Shown here piece after piece: positions 44,771 through 57,439 of a stretch of DNA of 64,000 nucleotides. A program made the position numbers and the translations under genes. This DNA is from Octopus sinensis (Eukaryota). The notes below the pieces were generated by a model, which worked only from the letters and a program-made list of their open reading frames with translations, searched no databases and was not told where the DNA came from. How positions within the stretch are numbered: the first letter of the stretch is position 1; every line of letters begins with the position of its first letter. The stretch is taken from contig NC_043003.1 in assembly GCF_006345805.1 (NCBI RefSeq), forward strand, positions 30,442,001 to 30,506,000, read 5' to 3'.

Positions 44771-45253
44771 GATACCCTAACTAAAAATATGTTGAGATTG
44801 TCATATCAATACGTATCTGGAACTCTAAATGTGGCTACAAATGTTAACCCTTTAACATCGCTGAGGATATCTCAAAATACAAGACTGGATTTCGTCTTCG
44901 GAGTGAGACAGTATTTCCACACTAACACACTAAATTTTTGGAAAACTCAGTTCGGTCCCAAAATAATGAACTGCTCCCTCACCTACCACCCAGCCTCCAA
45001 TCTCATGTCGGCTGCCAAACTTCAGAGCACACTTGCATGCTGTCTTTTCACAGACTTTTCTATCAAGCCATTCCGATACTTTTTTTTTTATCTCGTCATC
45101 CATTTTCTCTACATTAGTATAATTTCATCCAGTCCTTCTTCCTGAAAAAGCCAACCCACTCGGATCGCGCACCCCTGCCCATATTTTTGCAACAGCTAGG
45201 ACTTGCCCTTAAAATTGACCGAAATCATTTCCCTCGAAACAAGATACCTATAT

Positions 45254-45477
45254 TTTATTGTGTCCCGGGAGAGTCATTCTGTTTTAGTACCTTATTACTT
45301 AACACATTCACCGGTTCGATTTCCGCTCATTTACTTATTTATTTTTTCTAAAATTTCGTTGCGTCTTGCAACCGTTTCAATAGAAAAAGAAGCAAGTGAG
45401 TGAAAATCGAAGCGACGAGTGTGTTAAGTAATAAGGCACTAAAAGAGAATAAATCTCCGCAGACACAATAAAATATG
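45254..45477. mobile_element. MITE with imperfect inverted arms of about 55 bp
   Basis: tattttattgtgtc..cttattacttaacac is inverse to gtgttaagtaataag..gacacaataaaata; absent at the paralogous site near 57425-57440. Confidence 0.6.
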
Positions 45478-45544
45478 CTTCAATACACGAATTCACGTAA
45501 AGAATACCGCAAACCAAATACAAAAACGAAGATACTTATAAACA

Positions 45545-46050
45545 ACTCTTTATTGATAAGAGGTAGTTTTATTCCTATGCGATCAAGCACACTTCCGGTT
45601 TATCCTTGACGTCGCTGTATGTACATTTATATTGCAGATATATTATTTCTTTATACATATTTACATTGTATGAGTAATAATTAAGTACCGCTTGTAATTA
45701 ACTTAAAAGACTAAGACAATAGAGATATCCTGTATGAAGTAGTTAAAAGTTCTGCCCAATCTATTAATGCCTTCATCAATTTCAAGTCTCACTACTTAAT
45801 TACCTTTCTCATTATCTCATCTCATAACTACATTTTTATGTAAGTATCATTTATATATAATTTACACGTTATTTTATTGAAACATCTCTTTTTGTATTTA
45901 CTTTTTGTACTTCCTTTACCACTTCTATTCCCTACACGATCCTATTTTTTTTTTTTGTCTTCATATTTCATATGTATCTCGTCTTAAAGACCGTAATTAA
46001 TCTAAATTTCAGGAAATTTGTAATATTTATTTTAATTCGTTCAACCTCTT
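45545..46050 (+). promoter_or_regulatory. Conserved upstream module of ZNF4: donor-like GAG|GTAGTT at 45563 and ETS motif (45591-45598)
   Basis: Paralogous to the four other modules. Confidence 0.6.
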
Positions 46051-46079
46051 TGTTAATCTTTTCTACCTGCCTTCCCTGG

Positions 46080-48219
46080 TTAATATAGGGCGTTACGATT
46101 ATCAGAAAATCAAAAAAAAAATGTGTGTAATAGGTGTGAAACAACTTCCTATGAACGAATATGAAAAAAAAATTCGCGCACGCGAAAGGGGGGTGGGGGA
46201 GAGGACTCGGGAAGTTCCGAAAGCGTCTGAGGAGCTGACCCGGGCACCGAAACAAAAAAAAAAAATAGTGTAATATGTGTAAAACAACTTGCTCTAAACG
46301 AATATGACAAAAAAAAATGCGACTCGCGAAAGAGGGGGGGGGGAGAGGCCTCGGAAAATTTATATCGGGAATTTCCGAAAGCGTCTGAACCGGGCACAAA
46401 AACAAAAACAGCGTAATAGGTGTAAAACAACTTGCTCTAAACGACTATCATGAAAAAAATGCGCGCTCGCGAAAGGGGGGTGGGGGAGAGGACTCGGGAA
46501 GTTCCGAAAGCGTCTGAGGAGCTGACCCGGGCACCGAAACAAAAAAAAAAAATAGTGTAATATGTGTAAAACAACTTGCTCTAAACGAATATGACAAAAA
46601 AAAATGCGACTCGCGAAAGAGGGGGGGGGGAGAGGCCTCGGAAAATTTATATCGGGAATTTCCGAAAGCGTCTGAACCGGGCACAAAAACAAAAACAGCG
46701 TAATAGGTGTAAAACAACTTGCTCTAAACGACTATCATGAAAAAAATGCGCGCTCGCGAAAGGGGGGTGGGGGAGAGGCTTCGGAAATTTCACATCTTCA
46801 GTCCACGGCCTTTAAACTAAGAAAAAATAGTGTAATTGGTGTAAAACTACTTGTTCTAAACGAGTATCAAGAACACACACTCACACATGAATCATAAACT
46901 CCGTATTTTTGTATATATTTCGCAAAAAAATAAATAAATAAAGAGAAGAAATTCTGGAAAAAGTGAAGAAATGTTGGATCTCATTCCTTGGTTAAAGCTA
47001 TTTTAAACATTAAATTTATGCTTTTCTTTGAAATAGTTCAGATATATGCAATTCTTCTCACTTATTAAGATGCATTTATCAGAAAAAAAGAGACAGAAAA
47101 AATTATTATTTTGTGTCAATCCTTCCCTAATTATCCTTTATTAATTAGTTTTGGCGTGTATTTTTTTCCCAAATTTATTTTTTCACCTTTACAAACACTG
47201 TTTAGTAAAGCAATTAATTATCTTTATAACTTGCATATTTGACTTATTAATCAAAATTCTCTAGATGTAATATATACTAAGTAATGCATCCTTCATTTAT
47301 GTGTTCCGTTCTATATTATGCATGCTTGACTGTTTGTATGTAAGTGTGTTTAACTGTGCACATGAATGTGAATATTAAAGAACATATTTATTTACTATGA
47401 TTGTTATTTTCAGAACAAATAAATATTTTGGCTGTTATGTTATTGATGTTATTATTATTGCTAGTTAAAGGGTGGTGACTTGGCTGAATATTTTGACTCT
47501 TGTAGTATGTAGTTGTGTTAGTCAATATTCTGAGTTCAAATCCAACATAATTTCTGTAGTATTTCAAGATTTTCTGACACGTATTTTGATTCACATGGCG
47601 GAGATCCAACATTTCTTCACTTTTTCCAGAATTTCTTCTCTTTATTTTTTTTTTTTGCGAAATACGGAGTTTATGATTCATGTGTGAGTGTGTGTTCTTG
47701 ATACTCGTTTAGAACAAGTAGTTTTACACCAATTACACTATTTTTTCTTAGTTTAAAGGCCGTGGACTGAAGATGTGAAATTTCCGAAGCCTCTCCCCCA
47801 CCCCCCTTTCGCGAGCGCGCATTTTTTTCATGATAGTCGTTTAGAGCAAGTTGTTTTACACCTATTACGCTGTTTTTGTTTTTGTTTTTGTGCCCGGTTC
47901 AGACGCTTTCGGAAATTCCCGATATAAAATTTCCGAGGCCTCTCCCCCACCCCTCTTTCGCGAGAGCGCATTTTTTTTGTCATATTCGTTTAGAGTAAGT
48001 TGTTTTACACATATTACACTTTTTTTTTTTTGTTTTGGTGCCTGGGTCAGCTCCTCAGACGCTTTCGGAACTTCCCGATGTGAATTTTCCGAGGCCTCTC
48101 CCCCACCCCCCTTTCGCGTGCGCGAATTTTTTTTTCATATTCGTTCATAGGAAGTTGTTTTACACCTATTACACACATTTTTTTTTTGATTTTCTGATAA
48201 TCGTAACGCCCTATATTAA
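46080..48219. mobile_element. TTAA-flanked foldback element with long inverted arms built of 143-144 bp tandem monomers
   Basis: Left arm 46080-46982 and right arm 47601-48219 are reverse complements; 287-bp period (46201 versus 46488). Confidence 0.88.
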
Positions 48220-49104
48220 CCCCTTCCCTTTTGTTGCCAAGCAAATGAATCAGATTAAATGTTTGTTTAGTACTTCGGTTAATACATAGTTTAAGACCCA
48301 GTGTTCTAGGTGTAAAATAAATGTGTAGAAAATGAATATGAAAACAGAAGTTTGCGCAAATGAAGAGAGGGTAAGTGGGGAGAGGACTTTCGGAAAATTC
48401 ACAAGATCCGATTTTTCTTTCATAACTTTCAGGAAAATGGATATATATTGATGAAATTTTATAGAAATATCGTTCAAATGGCGCAGATTACGATTTTAAA
48501 GCAATTTCGGTAAATTTTGGAAAGTACACCAGCACGCGTTTCACTAAGAAAAAAAAACCTCCAATTTTTTGCCTGGAATCAAGTACCCTGACCTCCTAAT
48601 GTGCTGCAAACCCCTTATTGGATCTTTTCAATCTGACGGCTAGATTTTAAGATAAATTTTTTAAATTAAACACTTTGAAACTTCGGATACTGGTAGAATG
48701 TGTTACATAGAACAGGGTATACTCATAACGTTTTTGACAAAATTTTGTATTTTAGAAGTTATTTCATGTTAAATTTGTCGTATTTGGGTAATTTTAACCA
48801 ATCAATGACGTGCATTCAGCTGAAGAAAATTACTGCTGCTGTTTGCGAACAACAACGTCTGGGTCCATTAAGAAAACGAATGTTCGACAACGGGAAAATT
48901 TAAACTGAAAATCTCCCCTAACAAAACCCTTCTTTAATAACCAGAGATGTTTTTATAGCAACATAGGTTTGCTGTATCGGGGTTGATTTGAGGCTAAATA
49001 ACAAAAAGATTATTACTGAGACAGACCAACAACGGGGCCTATATGTTTTAGCTGTTTCTAGTTACTCCAATAATCTTTATGTTAACACTTCATTGTCCCT
49101 AATG

Positions 49105-49129
49105 TATTATGTTGTCTTTCTTTTTTCAG
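49105..49129 (+). promoter_or_regulatory. Putative splice acceptor of the ZNF4 coding exon (exon starts at 49130)
   Basis: gtctttcttttttcag|gttatctgatg. Confidence 0.7.
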
Positions 49130-49476
49130 GTTATCTGATGACATTGACAAGGTTTAACCTTTTAGGACTAAAAATAACTTAATCAAGATGTGGTTAGCTC
49201 ATTTTGTTAACTCTTGATTTAATGGATGAGAAAAACTTCCTTCCAATTGAGATTATGTGCAAAAAATTTTATTCTCTTATTGAAAGATTCTATGTATAGA
49301 TTAAACTTTGAAGATATGTTTTTGCATTGGAAATATTTTTTTGGAGCAGTTTTAGCAATCATCTGGTCATTGGTTATTGATTACTAGATTCAATCCTAAT
49401 AAATCTACTTGAAACTCTTTAACAGCAAAAATATCACCACACTTTGTTAAAGATATAAGAAAAAAGATTAAAAGAT

Positions 49477-50553
49477 ATGGAAAAAAATGCAGAGCCTGAA
49501 ACTATTGATTCCCTTACATATACAGAGGAAAATACAGAAGAGAAATCACATGATTTATGTGGGGAATTATTAACAAAAAAGGATTTAATGCGGCATCAGT
49601 CAATTCACTCAGTCTCAAAGCTGTATAACTGTGAAGTTTGTGGAAAGACATTTACAAGCAGTACTTTGTTGACTAGCCACAAAGATATCCACAATGGAGA
49701 AAAATTATACCAATGTTACATGTGTGATGAAAAGTTTTCAACAAAGGACAATTTGTCATCTCACACATGTATTCAAACAGCAGAAAGACCATACTGTTGT
49801 GATATCTGTGGTAAAACATTTTGTAGAAGTGGTCAGTTGTCTTCCCATAAATATATTCATTCAAGGGAGAGACCATACCATTGTGATATCTGTGGTCAGA
49901 CATTTTCTAGAAGTGGTCATTTGATTAACCACAAACGCATTCACACAGACGAAAGGCCATACAACTGTGATATTTGTGGTAAAAAATTTTCTAGAATTAG
50001 TGAATTATCTTCCCACAAACGTATTCACTTGGGTGAAAGACAATATCGCTGTCATATCTGTGATAAAATATTTTCTAAAAGTACTGATTTGTCTTCTCAT
50101 AAACATATTCACTCAGGAGGACGAATATACCACTGTGATATCTGTGATACAACATTCTCTCAAGGCGGCAATTTATCTCGACATCAGCGCATTCATACAG
50201 GTGAGAAACCATACCAGTGTGATATTTGCAAGAAAAAGTTTTCCTCGAATGATTATTTGTCTGCCCACAAACGTACTCACACTGGTGAAAGACCCTACCA
50301 TTGTGATATCTGTGGCAAAACATTCACTCAAAGTGGATGTTTATCTCAACACAAGCATATTCATACAAGAGAAAGACAGTTCCATTGTGATATTTGTGGT
50401 AAAATGTTTTCTACGGATCATAATTTAAATCGACACAAATGTATTCGTACAGAAGAGAAAGCATACCACTGTGATATCTGTGATGAAACATTTTCGACTA
50501 GGGGTCGTTTATCTTCCCACATACGTATTCATACAGGAGAAAGACCATCATAA
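49477..50553 (+). CDS. Poly-C2H2 zinc-finger protein ZNF4, 358 aa, 11 fingers plus a degenerate first unit
   Basis: Close paralog of ZNF3. Confidence 0.94.
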   Translation: MEKNAEPETIDSLTYTEENTEEKSHDLCGELLTKKDLMRHQSIHSVSKLYNCEVCGKTFTSSTLLTSHKDIHNGEKLYQCYMCDEKFSTKDNLSSHTCIQTAERPYCCDICGKTFCRSGQLSSHKYIHSRERPYHCDICGQTFSRSGHLINHKRIHTDERPYNCDICGKKFSRISELSSHKRIHLGERQYRCHICDKIFSKSTDLSSHKHIHSGGRIYHCDICDTTFSQGGNLSRHQRIHTGEKPYQCDICKKKFSSNDYLSAHKRTHTGERPYHCDICGKTFTQSGCLSQHKHIHTRERQFHCDICGKMFSTDHNLNRHKCIRTEEKAYHCDICDETFSTRGRLSSHIRIHTGERPS

Positions 50554-52026
50554 CTTTGAGATTTCTGTTGTAAAGCATTTTGACACAAATATATTTACTG
50601 GAGAGAAAGAGAGACCATACCGTTGTGATATCCTCTGTGAAACATTTTCTGGAAGTGGTAGCTTTTACTCAGTATATATATATATATATATATATAATAA
50701 TAATAAATGTATTTCTTTAACACACCACTATCATAACAGTATTTTTATATTCTTTATTTCATACTGGCAATTTAATTTTGTCTGCATTACATTCATTACA
50801 TACACTGTTTGACCAGGTGAATATTTCATAGTTATTGTTACTGTTGATAACTCCTGTTTACCTAGACTTTGATGTTCCAGTCCTCCCTCAACCTGCAAGA
50901 ACATCCCTACCTGCTTTGTACACCTGCATTTCTACACATATCCTCTTATGTCGAACATAATAATATTCACTATTAAACTACACATAAATTTATGCTTTAT
51001 TGATCTTTAGGTTCATTAACTATAGACCATTCCTTCAAATTTAAACTTTGTGGCAACTCAGTATATCTTTACTATTTACCATCAAAAACTGAACTCTCAG
51101 TAACTTGGAGATGTAAGAAGAAATGTGTTACAGTATTATTAAAAAGAAAAATAAATAGAAAGAGATGTGACAGACTAAGAAATGTGTAGATAGACAGCAT
51201 CAATGAAGGGATAGAATTAATTAGTGATGTGTATGTAAGAATGCTATGAGATGGGACCAAATGGATTCCTATGATAGTTGACATAATCTGACCACATAAC
51301 TCACTACAGATATTACTTAATATCAATGTAGTTTTTGAATAACTTTGGAGTTGGCCATGTCACATTGGTGGCTAATAAAATTGTGAGGAGACCATATCTC
51401 TGGTTGTGTGAGACATCTTTTAACCATCCAGTCTATTGGCAAAAATATACAACTAAACTGGATGGTAAAAAGTCTAGTGTTAATGTGTTCTTGTGCAGGC
51501 AAGATGGCTATATGTTAGGAACTGCAACAGTTGGTCATTGTCATGTCATCTGTAGATAATTTTATGGGTACATTGTAAGGAGATGTATAGGTAGAATACT
51601 AGTGAACAAGATTGAAAGCAAATGACCTACAACACAACATCTACAACTGTTTATTTCATTAAATCAGTGGAATATTCAGAATATTTTAGTTCTCTTTGGA
51701 TAGATTACAAAATATCAAGGAAGAATATAGACAATTATAAGCTAATTCAATACATAGTAAGGCATATATCTCACCAGTGTTTTGATATGACAGTTATATT
51801 ATTGGTTTATATTAGAGGTAGTATAGCATGGAACTGGCATTGGGAGATGAGACATATCTAACTTTTTAATAAATGTATTACAATAACATTGTGTGTTAAC
51901 TCTATCTAGGTTTGTTATTCATGGAGTTGGTATTGTAATTGTTTCCATTCAACAGTTTCTCCAGTTTCATTGTGAACATTCTTGACAAAACATGCTAGTA
52001 TTATAGAAAATACTTCCGAAGCAAAA

Positions 52027-53200
52027 ATTGGGTCACCCCATAAACAATGCATTTTTTAAAATTCCTTTTTTTATTTCTCAAAATTAAGATACACAAAGCT
52101 CTTTTTTAATCTAAACTATACTCTCCTTTATTTTCTACAATGCTGTTCCATCTAGCTGGTAAACTTGAAAGGCTCCTCTTCCAAAATTCACTTGTCTATG
52201 ATGAAAAATACTCCTCTAGTATTGTTCTGACTTCGTTTACAGAATTCATATTTTTTTGTGTCCTGATGATTTTGAAGACTGGAATGAATGATAATCAAAT
52301 GGGGCAATGTTTGGCGAATATGGTGGGTGGGGCATCATTTCTCATTCAAACTGCTCCAGCCTTTGGAATGTAATCCTTGCTGTGGCCAAGCATTATCCTG
52401 ATGGAAGAACAATTTTCATCTTGAAATGAATGATGGCCATTTTACTTCTAGCACTGACTTAAGCCACTCTCAAGCTGCTCACAGTGGATCTCTTTACTTA
52501 TTGTTCAGTTTGGGTTTAAAAGTTCAAAGTGGACTAAACCTTTCATATTCCACCAAATATAACAATACTTTATGTGGGTGAAGACCTTCTTTAACCTAGG
52601 GTACCAGTGTTTCTCTTTTTCCTACCCACTGTCTTCAGCGCTTGACATTTTTATAGAGAACTCATTTCTTGTCATCAGTCACTATTCAGCCCAGAAAAGG
52701 TGCATTCATGAGACATGACAGCAAAGAAAAGCACACATTCACTCTCTGCATGCGATTAGACTTGGTAAGTTTGTGGGGAACCCATTGACCCAATTTGCTG
52801 AATTTTCCAATGGCATGTAGGTGTTGATGAATGATTGAATGACCAAATCCAAGGTTCTCTGCTAGTTCCTCAACAGTTAAGATGGGATTTTGTTCCAGCA
52901 GGGTTTGCAGGACATCCTTGTCGAGCTCTACAGATTTTCCTGGATGAGGTTCGTCTTCGTGGATGTAGTTTCTGGCTCGGAATTTCTGGAACCACCATAG
53001 ACATTGGCTCATGCTTATTGTCTGAACCCCATACACTGCATTAATATTATTCGCATTTTCTGTTGCGTTGTTGCATTTATTGAACTCATAAAGCAGAATA
53101 TGCTCCTTTGTCACTTCCATTACAGCTTTGAAAAAATAAATGCTTAAATCGAACTGCACTCTTCAAAACTTGCTCTAAGAATGAGTATCATGGCAAAATT
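52027..53200 (-). mobile_element. Degenerate mariner element
   Basis: HILLYEFNK HTH region, WFQKFR, GQWVPHKL and HQDNA motifs; one TIR-like end attgggtcacccataaacaatgc at 52027. Confidence 0.85.
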
Positions 53201-53236
53201 ACTACCTGGTAATACAAAAATTTAATACTCTCCATA

Positions 53237-53425
53237 TTGGAAAATAATATTTACTATGAGAAGATAAAACAATACAACCCACAGAAATCACTTAAAAACT
53301 TATCCTCCTTACTTCAAATACATGGAAAGGGTCTCACTAAACATGAAATAGACTATTTATCCAATTTTAAATACAGTCCTAGGCTATTCTACGGATTACC
53401 TAAAATACACAAAAATCCACATATT
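53237..53425 (+). mobile_element. Penelope-like element RT fragment
   Basis: PRLFYGLPKIHK motif. Confidence 0.65.
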
Positions 53426-55292
53426 TGTAAAGCCTGCAAAGTTTATCATGCTGACATGGGTTGGATTCTTCAACATGATCTGACAAACCAGAGGACTGCT
53501 TTGGCATTGTTTATGTGGCTGGAAACAGGCACATCAAGAATTGTTAAATTTCAGGAAGCATGTTCGAAAGATACATTATTCTCACAGATAATACCCAATG
53601 CAGATAGGTTATTCCATGATTTGACAATTCTGAGCATGAAAAAATTGTTTCTGAATGTAGTGGGTGCTATGCTGTTTTTCAATTTATAAGCATGTCCTCA
53701 GATGATAGAAGTATTGAATTCAAAAACGTTGTAAAAATGGTGGGTAGTCTTGTGGGCTTATATCAAGGAGGCAACAAGACAAGCTATGGTGCCTGACAGA
53801 AGGTAATCATCTGGTTGCAAGTCTCTGAACAGCTTCATGTAGATCAATATTCTGGACAAGAGATGCAAACTATAAGTGTGGACATAACTATTGAGAGCTG
53901 GTAAGCAGCTGACACAGGTCTCATTGAATGATACTAAGACACTTTCAGTCTCTTTGACGATTTTAGAAATGTGGTTTGTCCAACACAGATTATTGTCAAC
54001 AATATGAAGGTCAAGTTCAGCAACAGATTTATGGTTGGTTTTATGGAAGATGTAGATAAAACTCTAGATGTTTTCTTCACAAAATGTTGTGGTGTACTAG
54101 TCTACAGCCAAGTTGCATGGCTAATCAGCAACCCATTGCCACATTTTGTTAAGATGAAATTGCAGGAAAGACCTATAACATAAGGGATGTTCTTTTCATC
54201 TCAAAGAAAAGCTTAATGTTGTCTGTATACTTAAACATAGTAACATGCTCCCAGTTGGCATGTTTAGGTCATCTATGTATACCTCTATACACAAACAGTT
54301 TGAGGGATAAAATGCCTTGTGGTATTTAGTAAGGTCTTAATTTTAAATGCCAGAGGTAAATGTTGCTTTTCATTTTCTAGCATGTGCAGGAGAGCTTTCT
54401 TATTTGAAATATGATCTGATTTTTAAGAAACTAATATTTTATATATGTTTTGTTCCATCATCATTTAACGTCTGATTACCCTACTGGCATGATTTGGATA
54501 GTTTTACAGGATCAAACAAGATGAAGGACTGCATCAAGCTACAATGTCTGCTATGGTTCTGGCACTAGAGAAGTCACCAACTGACAAGACAGAAAAAGAA
54601 GTCTCTGCAACTGATTGAAGTTGTAGTCAAGAGGAAGTAGCTTTATTCTAGGAAATATGTTAAGACAGAAACAAGTATTTTGCTACAGAAGAAAAAGATA
54701 GTTACCCCACACTATATTTGAGGGTGACTAGCTGAAAATAAAGTAAAAATGTTGGTGTTGCAAAGTCAGGCTATACCCCAAGGTACAAGAAGTGTAGGAA
54801 AAGAGTGGCAGATGGTTAGACACAAGGGTAGAAATAAATGTAGTAAAAGATGAGGTATGCATTTTATAATTTTTCTCACATTTAAGTGTTTAGCAACAGT
54901 TATGTCACTCAGGAAAAGAAGCATGTACAAATGGAATAAACTCATTCATGAAGAGAAGCTGTGTACTCAAGTTCTTAAGTATAGTGAAAGAAATAAAAGA
55001 TAAATATATCTAAATGTAAAATATTTATAAAATTTTGTATGCTGGAGCTGGATGACAGTCACATATACACACTAAAACCGAGCTTTCGTAAATCTTTTTT
55101 TTTTCTCAGTGGACTCCTAGGTTTTCAATGATGGATATTCCAAACATGCAAAATATCATGTTTTCAAAATTTTAAATTCCCCCTTCCCATCCTAAAATTT
55201 TTTTAATTTTTAACTTTTTGCAAAATTTTTTTTTTTCAATCTAAAAAATACGGAGATTAACAATATGGCAAACAAAAACTTAATTAAATTTC

Positions 55293-55685
55293 AAATTTTG
55301 TATGAAAAACTCCAAATTTGATGCATAAACACTTGCCACCCAGCAGAAAAGGGTGCACGTGTGCAACAGTCTCCACAGCTCACTGCAAATGAATGACTGA
55401 AACAGCATGTTTTACATATCAGAGGTGTGTGGATCAATCTAGGAAGTATGTTAAAGATTTTAGTAGACATATGACTGAGAGTTATTTAATATTGTGTTTG
55501 CTTCTATGAGAATCGTTTACCTTTAAAGCGAAAAAACAAGACCGACATATACGAGTATGTAAAACATGCTGTTTCACTTTTGTTCATTTTCAATGAGCTG
55601 TAGAGATTGTTGCACACGCGCACCATTTTTTTGTTGGGTGGCGACTAGTGTGTGGATCAAATTTGGAGTTTTTCATATAAAATTT
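55293..55685. mobile_element. Nested MITE with about 125-bp TIRs
   Basis: aaattttgtatgaaaaactccaaatttg..aaacagcatgtttt is inverse to aaaacatgctgttt..caaatttggagtttttcatataaaattt. Confidence 0.8.
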
Positions 55686-55890
55686 GGTCAAGACTTCCAC
55701 CCAAACCATCCTTTTATTAAAATTTATTTTTAGACACAAACCCCACCTTTTCGGCTACGGGGAATACGGATCTGCAAAAAAATTGGCAAAAATCAGTATC
55801 TTTAACCCCCACCCTCCAACCCCATTTATTTCATCTTTCACTTTTTTCAGAAATTTTTTTTTAAATATGAGGCAAAATACGCAGATTATG

Positions 55891-56299
55891 GATCTTTTCG
55901 GTTTGAACGGCAGTTTTTAACATAATTTCTAGGTAACTAAAAAATTTTAAACTTCGTACACTGGTAGAATGTATTTATAAAACATCTTTTTCTCTTGGCT
56001 TTATTGAGAAAATTCTATAGTTTGTAAGATATTTGTTGTTTTTTTTCTTCAATTTCTGTAATTTCAACCAATCACTGACGTCTATTGAGGTAAAAAAAAA
56101 CATTCTGTGCCGTATGAATATGTCCCTCGTTTAAGAAACAGATTGAGTTTATTTACATTTGTGAAGAAAAAAAGATACCCTTCCCCCCAACTCTAACTAA
56201 CCCTAACCCTAAATTGAAATGCAATAGATCGATACTAAGGTCATAATTATGGGTGACAATTTCATATGACACCGCTAGAAAAAACTGCCGTTCAAACCG
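55891..56299. mobile_element. Nested MITE with a 19-bp perfect inverted repeat
   Basis: cggtttgaacggcagtttt (55899-55917) / aaaactgccgttcaaaccg (56281-56299); flanked by the direct repeat agattatg (55883-55890, 56300-56307). Confidence 0.8.
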
Positions 56300-57439
56300 A
56301 GATTATGATATGATTCTGAAAAAAATTTCCAAAAATTTTTGTAAAATGTTTTTTAAGATTTTTGTTTTTCTAAATATGCGGAAAAATACGGACATTATGA
56401 TTCGGACAAAAATTTCAAAACATTTCTGGAGTTACGGTTAGGGTTAGTGTTGGGGGAAAAGGTCAAAGAATTTTGGGGAGGGAATTTAACAATGTCAGTT
56501 TTTGACAAATTTCCGGAACTTCCGTATCCGAAAACGGAGGTTTTTTGGCAAAAATAAATAAACAAATTTGAGAGAAAATGGAGGGGAGGACGGGCGGAAG
56601 CCTTACCAAAATTTGAAATTAATTAATTTTTTGTTTGCCATATTGTTAATCTCCGTATATTTTCACATAGATTGTAAAAGAAAATTCGAAAAAAGTTAAA
56701 AATGAAAAAATTTGATGGGAGGAGGAATTAAAAATTTTGAAAACGTGATCTTTTGCATATTCGGAATCTCTGTCATCGAAAACCTTGGAATCCGCTGAGA
56801 AAAAAAAATTCCGAAAGGTCGAGGGGGAGGGTGACTCGTCCAGCTCCACCTTTCGTTTTTGTGTCTAGACACGACAAAATTTTTTTAATTTATCTCACAT
56901 TTTGGTGTAGCATTATTTAATTTTTTAGCAACACATTCAAATCACACTCAACTGTCATAAAAACAAGGGCACGGGAAAATTCCGTCACAAGATACCCTTC
57001 TAAAAAATAAGTCGAGATTGTCATGTGAAAAGTGCATCTGGAACTTTCAACGTCGCTACAAATAGCAGTCTCTTAGCATCGTTGAGGGTGTCTCAAAACA
57101 CAAAACTTCTATCGCACAGACTGGATTTGGTCTTCGGAATGAGACAGTACTTCCACGCTAACAGAAATTTTGGAAAACTCAGTTGGGTCCCAAAATAATG
57201 TACTACTATTACATCTTTCCAACCCACTTGTAATCTCAAGTTGGTTGCCAAACTCCAGTTCATACGCATGCTGTTTTTTCACTGACTTTTCTGACTTTAT
57301 TCATCTAGTCATCCATTTTCTCCACATTAGTATAACTGCACCATTATTCACTTCACTCAGTCCTTTCTGAAAAAGCCAACCCACTTCAATTGCTCATAGA
57401 TCTGAACAAAATTGTTGCTGCGAAACAAGATACTTATAA

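Larger units (their letters stand above)
55041..56850. mobile_element. Second foldback (Mutator-like?) element containing two nested MITEs
   Basis: Ends gctggagctgga / tccagctccacc; arms about 55083-55850 and 56440-56818; absent at the paralogous site near 41535. Confidence 0.7.

Noticed and set aside
45968-48289. Repeated ORFs (MFYTYYAVF.., MFLCPVQTLSE..)
   Set aside because: By-products of the tandem monomers in the foldback arms; non-ATG starts and no domain signature
56190-56450. TAACCC/TTAGGG telomere-like hexamers
   Set aside because: Only about two copies at each spot, inside repeat elements; not an interstitial telomere array
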